Below are positions 58,989 to 64,000 of a stretch of DNA of 64,000 nucleotides, piece by piece (the first letter of the stretch is position 1; every line of letters begins with the position of its first letter). A model generated the notes under the pieces. The model was not told where the DNA came from and ran no database searches. It saw nothing but the letters and a program-made list of their open reading frames with translations. Origin of the DNA: an uncultured delta proteobacterium (GTDB lineage: Bacteria > Myxococcota > B64-G9); contig CAVWHX010000004.1 of NCBI GenBank assembly GCA_963754925.1, forward strand, positions 1,344,001-1,408,000, in the 5' to 3' direction. Both the position numbers and the translations under genes were made by a program.

Positions 58989-61088
58989 TCAACCGGCAAT
59001 CTGTATGGGCAGCCAGGTCGGCAGCACCACGGAGGGCGGTCCCCACACGAGAAGCCACAGCTGGTGGATCGCGCGTGTGGCGCCAACGTGCAAGAGGTGT
59101 CGGCTGGCACGGGTGTTTGGATAGGAAAGGCGATCGACGTTGAGAAGAATAACATAGTCGAATTCCAGCCCCTTCGTTTGGGATACATCCGTTACCTCAA
59201 TCCCCGGACCGAATGAGAAGTCTTGATTCCGCACCATACGCATGTTCTCCAGGTCGGTGCGAGTAAGCGCCTCATAGGTTTCGTCGGCTTGTTTAATATC
59301 TCGAGAAAGAACCGCTACCGAAGCGTTAGGTTCCCGCAGCATCAAGTCCTTGAGGGCGTCGGCTAAAAAAGTCATGGCCTCGCCTCGGCCTCCGCAGCGA
59401 AACAGCTCCACGGGTGCGCCGGTCCGGGTGGTCTGAACCGGTTCGGTCGGCGCAGCGCTTCCCAATATTTCATTGGCGAAGGTTATGATCTCACGCGTGC
59501 AGCGGTAAGAAATTCTCAGTAGCGAAATAGCGCGCGGGTTTTGGCCGATGGCGGGAAGGATCTGATCGAAGTCGGTGAAGTCTTTGTCGGTGATAGTCTG
59601 AGCCGCATCGGCCGCGAGGGTGATTGCCTGATCGCGTGCACACGCGAGCAGAACCTGAAGCTCAAGCGGACTAAAATCCTGGGCTTCATCCAGAAAAATA
59701 TGATCATAACGGAGCCGTCGCCGCCCCCGCCAGAGCAACGGCCCGCGCAACAATTGATAGAGCCGCAGCAGAATCATGTCGTCCTCTTCATCGTAGCACG
59801 GAGAATCGGCTTCATCATCGGCATCGTTCGATTTCCCGCCTAAGCTTACGCTATCGACGCGCCGGAAATATTGATCAGCGCACCAGCGGTGGATCTGGCC
59901 GGTCTCGGCATCGCTAAACACTCCCGGCGCGTGTCGCTTCAGGCCGCTTCGAATCCAATGGCGATCGGTGAAAAGTTCGTCGAACAACGTAGCCGGATCG
60001 GCGCCGGGCGCCGCAGCAGCCGCTTCGGCTAGCATCGGCACCATCGCCTGCTGGGTTTTAAAGCGGATAACCGCAGCCGGCGTGTCCTGACTGTACGCCC
60101 GATGGAGGGCGCGGAAATGCTGCCGACGCATTTCTCGCGCCCAACCGTGCAATGTCGCCACCGGTACCTTGGGTAATCCGAGCGCCGGCAGTACGCGCGA
60201 AATGTACCCCGCCAAAGCTTGTGAAAACACCACGACCAGCATGCGGCGCTCCCGGAAGCGCTCGCGATTGCTAAAGTGGAGGTACGCCAAACGGTGGAGA
60301 CCGACCGTCGTCTTGCCCGATCCGGCACCGCCGCGGATCAACAAAACTCCCTCGCCCGGTCGACGGAGGAGATCGAATTGCTCGCGATCGAGCAGCGCGG
60401 CAATCTCGGGCAAATGTTTGTCAGACCGGGTGGCCAAGGCTTCTTCGAGACTGCCTAAAAACGGCCGAGCATTGTCCGGTCGGGCGGCGGTACCAGCGCC
60501 GCCGCGCAAGGCGGCTTGTTGATTGGTGACGTTGAGCCAGCCGTGCGCGGTTCGTAAAAAAACCCCGTGCGGCGTGCCGATGCGCAGGAGATGGCCGTCG
60601 ATAATGGTCACGGTCCGGCGCAACTCTATCTCGCCGCATAACTCCTTTCCGGCAATCTCTTCGGCAAACGGCTCGCCCTCGCGATAGCGATAGAACAGAA
60701 GGCTGATGGGAGCATTGCGCCAATCGACGATGCGAATATTGTCGGAGACAAAGGTGCGTTTGCCAATAAGAATATCGCGCCGTTCGCCTTCGTCGGTGCG
60801 CAATCGCAAATGGGCGAAATAGGGACTGCCGTGATCGATCTGGCCGACCGAGTAGCGCTCGCGGGTTGCCGACAGCGCGGCGATGCGATCCATCATCTCA
60901 ATCAAACTGGCCTGATCGTCAGGTAGTTTTTCTTCCGACAGAGCGTCGCGCAGTTGAACCAAGTCCCGGTCGTAATCCGGGAACTGCGCAGGTCGTTCGG
61001 CGCGATGCACCGCGGCCTGCACCACCTTCAGGAGGTCTTCCTCTTCGCGCACGATGAGTGGGGTGGCTTGCCTACGATTTTTCACCAT
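58989..61088 (-). CDS. UvrD/HelD-like superfamily 1 helicase
   Basis: SPYFAHL, IVDWRNAPIS..FY, GGAGSGKTT..LHRLAYL, DEAQD, SYR, KGLEFD, TRA. Confidence 0.88.
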   Translation of the reverse strand: MVKNRRQATPLIVREEEDLLKVVQAAVHRAERPAQFPDYDRDLVQLRDALSEEKLPDDQASLIEMMDRIAALSATRERYSVGQIDHGSPYFAHLRLRTDEGERRDILIGKRTFVSDNIRIVDWRNAPISLLFYRYREGEPFAEEIAGKELCGEIELRRTVTIIDGHLLRIGTPHGVFLRTAHGWLNVTNQQAALRGGAGTAARPDNARPFLGSLEEALATRSDKHLPEIAALLDREQFDLLRRPGEGVLLIRGGAGSGKTTVGLHRLAYLHFSNRERFRERRMLVVVFSQALAGYISRVLPALGLPKVPVATLHGWAREMRRQHFRALHRAYSQDTPAAVIRFKTQQAMVPMLAEAAAAAPGADPATLFDELFTDRHWIRSGLKRHAPGVFSDAETGQIHRWCADQYFRRVDSVSLGGKSNDADDEADSPCYDEEDDMILLRLYQLLRGPLLWRGRRRLRYDHIFLDEAQDFSPLELQVLLACARDQAITLAADAAQTITDKDFTDFDQILPAIGQNPRAISLLRISYRCTREIITFANEILGSAAPTEPVQTTRTGAPVELFRCGGRGEAMTFLADALKDLMLREPNASVAVLSRDIKQADETYEALTRTDLENMRMVRNQDFSFGPGIEVTDVSQTKGLEFDYVILLNVDRLSYPNTRASRHLLHVGATRAIHQLWLLVWGPPSVVLPTWLPIQIAG

Positions 61089-61313
61089 TGAGCGTATTTC
61101 CTGGCCTCGTTATCTGGCTCAAAACATCCAACGAACCACCGCGCAGAATAAGTCAGAATACCCGCTCCTATTTGAAAAGCAACCGAGAAGCGCAAGGGTC
61201 TGAAATATTGCTATAAAATACCCATTAGAAAATAGTTGTATATCACGATCGATATCCGATAAGGAAATCAGGAGGATATGAGGAACTGAGTTACAAGAAA
61301 CAGCCTGGATGAA

Positions 61314-61356
61314 AATCCCTCTCCCGCTGGCGGGAGAGGGTAGGGTGAGGGTGGTA
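61314..61356. repeat. REP-like palindrome, left
   Basis: CCCTCTCCCGC-TG-GCGGGAGAGGG plus tail TAGGGTGAGGG. Confidence 0.8.
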
Positions 61357-61725
61357 ATGAATCGATTGCCAACTGAGATTCTACGTCGGGCAAGAGAGTT
61401 ACGTCGCGATCAGACCAATGCTGAAACTTTGTTGTGGTTTTTTCTTCGAAATCGAAGAATGGCTGGATTCAAGTTCAAGCGCCAGCAAACCATTGGTCCT
61501 TATATTGTCGATTTTTATTGCGCAGGTAAGAAGTTAGCCATCGAATTGGATGGCGGTGGTCATGCAGAAGAGTCCCAAGAAAGTTACGATTTGCAGAGAA
61601 GTGATTGGCTTTCGCGAGAAGGAATTGAGGTTCTACGGTTTTGGAACAATCAGTTACTTACTCAGACCGAGGTGGTGTTGGAAGTTATCTGGGATAAGTT
61701 ACAAACTCTACCACCCTCATCCTGA
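61357..61725 (+). CDS. DUF559 (Vsr-like) endonuclease-domain protein
   Basis: RARELRR.QT.AE..LW..LR, FKRQ..IGPYIVDFYC, IELDGGGH, VLRFWN. Confidence 0.92.
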   Translation: MNRLPTEILRRARELRRDQTNAETLLWFFLRNRRMAGFKFKRQQTIGPYIVDFYCAGKKLAIELDGGGHAEESQESYDLQRSDWLSREGIEVLRFWNNQLLTQTEVVLEVIWDKLQTLPPSS

Positions 61726-61753
61726 CCTTCTCCCGCCAGCGGGAGAAGGGATT
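61709..61753. repeat. REP-like palindrome, right (inverted copy of left)
   Basis: TACCACCCTCATCCTGACCTTCTCCCGCCAGCGGGAGAAGGGATT. Confidence 0.8.
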
Positions 61754-61769
61754 AACTACAATCAATTGC

Positions 61770-62171
61770 TCATTCTGATAGATCAAGATCAAAGAATAGC
61801 TTTAGCCAAACTTCGAGATCTTCCAGGTAAACTGCTTTGCCAGTCGATAGAAGGAATGACTTCATATTCTCTTTGAACCCTTCTCCATGAACCACCACTA
61901 ATCCATCTATTGGCCAGGCCTCGATATCTTGAATAATTGCTGGAATCTTTTCCTCGGCGGAGCCTCCAGATTTCTGATACTTACATTCTATACCTAATCG
62001 TTTACCGGTCTTGCGATCTCGAAGAAGTATGTCGATCTTTCGCTCGGAACCCCAAATTCGGCGGCCAACATGCACTTGGCGCCTGACTTCGAGATTGAGC
62101 CGTTCACCAATTTGATGCACCTGATCTTCGAGATTTTTCCCTGAGACTGGTGCAGCTGTTTTACCTGGCAT
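61770..62171 (-). CDS. Small PD-(D/E)XK nuclease-superfamily protein
   Basis: E...KIDIL...GIECKYQKSGGSAEEKIP. Confidence 0.75.
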   Translation of the reverse strand: MPGKTAAPVSGKNLEDQVHQIGERLNLEVRRQVHVGRRIWGSERKIDILLRDRKTGKRLGIECKYQKSGGSAEEKIPAIIQDIEAWPIDGLVVVHGEGFKENMKSFLLSTGKAVYLEDLEVWLKLFFDLDLSE

Positions 62172-62188
62172 CCGAGTTAGACCTTACA

Positions 62189-63100
62189 TTAATAATTAAG
62201 AATAATCAGTTCTTGAATCGAACCTCTCCTGTCTCCCCGTGAGTTGACATTCCGACGAGCTTGCACCGGCACTAATCGTTTGAACTTGCGGTAATGCTTA
62301 CGCACCCAATCCGTATCAGAGTTGGACTGCATTACTTTAACCTCCATCTCGTTGAGCTTGCTGAAGACCCTTGCTAACTCCTCTTGATCCGAGAGACCGA
62401 AACCATTTGAAACGTAGCTTACGAATTTCGCGGTTTCGGAAAGGGGTACATACGGTGGATCAAAATAAATAAAATCATTTTTTCGGGCCGAATCGAGAAC
62501 TGCTGAAAAAGGTTGGCACCGCAGTTCGACATTTTTAAAAGCCAGCGATGCAGCGCGCAGGTTGTCAGCATCGCAGATAGTCGGGTTTGTGAATCTGCCA
62601 AACGGTACGTTGAATGCGCCCTGGCTGTTCACCCGGTAGAGTCCGTTGAAACAGGTCCGATTGAGATAGATCATTCGGGCGGCTCGCTCAGGCGGTGCGA
62701 GCGCATCTGGCGTTAGGGCCCGTATCTTGTAAAACTGGTCCTTATCGTAACGGAAGGTTCTCAGTTTCTTTATGACGGTCGCCGCATCATCGCGGATTGA
62801 TGAATACGTATCGATAAGTTCCTTGTTGATGTCCGAAAGTATCGATTGTTTTCCTTCAAGAAGACCTTGTCGATACATCGCGAAAAAAAGGGCCGCGCCG
62901 CCGGCAAACGGCTCGTGATACGAACCAAAATTCTTAGGCACTAACCGAATGAGTTCACTCGTTAGCTGACCCTTACCTCCCACCCATTTTAAAAGTGGCT
63001 TGAGTATGCCGTTGCTCGGGAGTGACGATTCCTTAGTTAGAACTTTATGTACGAGTGTTTTCTGCACCTCATTACCCTCAACGTTTGTAAGTTGCTTCAT
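62189..63100 (-). CDS. DNA adenine methyltransferase (Dam/D12 class)
   Basis: LKWVGGK, EPFAGGAA, YLNRTCFNGLYRVN, DPPY, SNS. Confidence 0.93.
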   Translation of the reverse strand: MKQLTNVEGNEVQKTLVHKVLTKESSLPSNGILKPLLKWVGGKGQLTSELIRLVPKNFGSYHEPFAGGAALFFAMYRQGLLEGKQSILSDINKELIDTYSSIRDDAATVIKKLRTFRYDKDQFYKIRALTPDALAPPERAARMIYLNRTCFNGLYRVNSQGAFNVPFGRFTNPTICDADNLRAASLAFKNVELRCQPFSAVLDSARKNDFIYFDPPYVPLSETAKFVSYVSNGFGLSDQEELARVFSKLNEMEVKVMQSNSDTDWVRKHYRKFKRLVPVQARRNVNSRGDRRGSIQELIILNY

Positions 63101-63197
63101 TCCATCGACAGAATCACTAAGAAAATCGTATTAACCGAAAAGGAAATATAGTAGATCTATTCGGTGAATAAAATAGTTTATTTAAGGAGAGGTTTTC

Positions 63198-63443
63198 ATG
63201 GTCGAGATTCAGATTGCATATCAGGGTAAGCTGCGAACGTTTGCTACGCATGGTCCTTCGGGATGCACCATGACGTCCGTGCCCTATCGGCGCATAGGCA
63301 GGCTCGCGCTTCGCTTCGTTATGCCCGCAAATCTTGCTCAACATAGCCGCCAGGTAGTTCAGAAAGCCGCCGAAGAATGCCCGGTGCGCAGAAGCCTTCA
63401 TCCCGACATTGAGGTTCAGTTGCAGTTCGACTATCCAGATTAG
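63198..63443 (+). pseudogene. OsmC/Ohr-family gene with in-frame internal deletion
   Basis: N-terminal YQGKLR...HGPSG joined directly to RRIGRL...AAEECPVRRSLHP; central TDAP...P..L...L..C segment missing. Confidence 0.7.
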
Positions 63444-63549
63444 GCCATATTTTGACCAGTTACAGCGCCGTATTTTTTTGGATTGACGGGCAGGGCAATG
63501 ATGACTACCCTCTTAGAGATTGTTGGAGAGGGAAGAGAGAAGGATTGAA

Positions 63550-64000
63550 ATGTGTGGAATCGTAGGAATAGTTGGATCGGAAACCTGTGCGGCGGACATC
63601 CTGCTGGCTCTTCAAGCCTTACAGCACCGTGGCCAGGATGGCGCTGGCATCTCAACCATTTATAATGGCGCTTTTCAGAACGTTCATCGCCTGGGGTTGG
63701 TTGGTCAGGGTTTTCAAACTGATGATCTTAAATTGTTACCCGGCCAAACGGGCATCGGACACGTGCGCTATCCGACCCTCGGCCAAGGTATACTCCGCGA
63801 TACCCAGCCGTTTTTCTATCGCCAGCCAGGGGTGCTGATGGCCCACAACGGCAATTTCATCAACGTGCACGAACTGCAATGTCTTCTGCAAGATGACTCA
63901 ATCAATCTCATCAGCCGCTGTGACATTGAACCGGTGCTGTGTATATTTTCCCTTGAATTGATGCGTCGGCGTCGCCGAGACCACACGGTCGCCGACGCGA
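63550..64000 (+). CDS. purF: Amidophosphoribosyltransferase, 3'-partial
   Basis: MCGIVG, LQHRGQDGAGI, GIGHVRYPT, QPF, AHNGN. Confidence 0.93.
   Translation, partial: MCGIVGIVGSETCAADILLALQALQHRGQDGAGISTIYNGAFQNVHRLGLVGQGFQTDDLKLLPGQTGIGHVRYPTLGQGILRDTQPFFYRQPGVLMAHNGNFINVHELQCLLQDDSINLISRCDIEPVLCIFSLELMRRRRRDHTVADA

Noticed and set aside
63444..63549. Riboswitch upstream of purF
   Set aside because: Leader is short and shows no recognisable purine, ZTP or PRPP aptamer motifs

Overview
A 64 kb bacterial chromosomal segment, most likely from an anaerobic deltaproteobacterial/Myxococcota-like organism. This is inferred from myxobacterial-type genes (pomY-pomZ-pomX, FrgA-like HEAT protein, Cys-rich lipoprotein repeats, AgmX/PglI-type domain) occurring with anaerobe genes (HdrA, HdrC/D-like protein, dehydratase activase, DUF39/NIL/UPF0280 homocysteine module). 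About 1-17 kb is a lipid/fatty-acid catabolic cluster: thiolase, 2 SCP2 proteins, paired acyl-CoA dehydrogenases, 3-hydroxyacyl-CoA dehydrogenase, 3 tandem secreted START proteins, acyl-CoA ligase, enoyl-CoA hydratase, TetR and 2 nitronate monooxygenase-family enzymes. About 17-28 kb is accessory: two lipoproteins sharing a conserved promoter/leader module, a mutY-like gene, four tandem paralogous ~185 aa genes (one split by an IS3) and an IS481-like element with an unusually long target duplication. About 28-64 kb is mostly core: ECF sigma/anti-sigma, homocysteine module, tRNA-Pro, rpe, rsmB, a two-component system, hdr genes, rsmE, pomYZX, a HelD/UvrD-like helicase, a DUF559 cassette, an MTase/nuclease pair and the start of purF. 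About nine small frameshifts in otherwise intact genes suggest long-read assembly errors. All family calls come from motif recognition by eye, not database searches.
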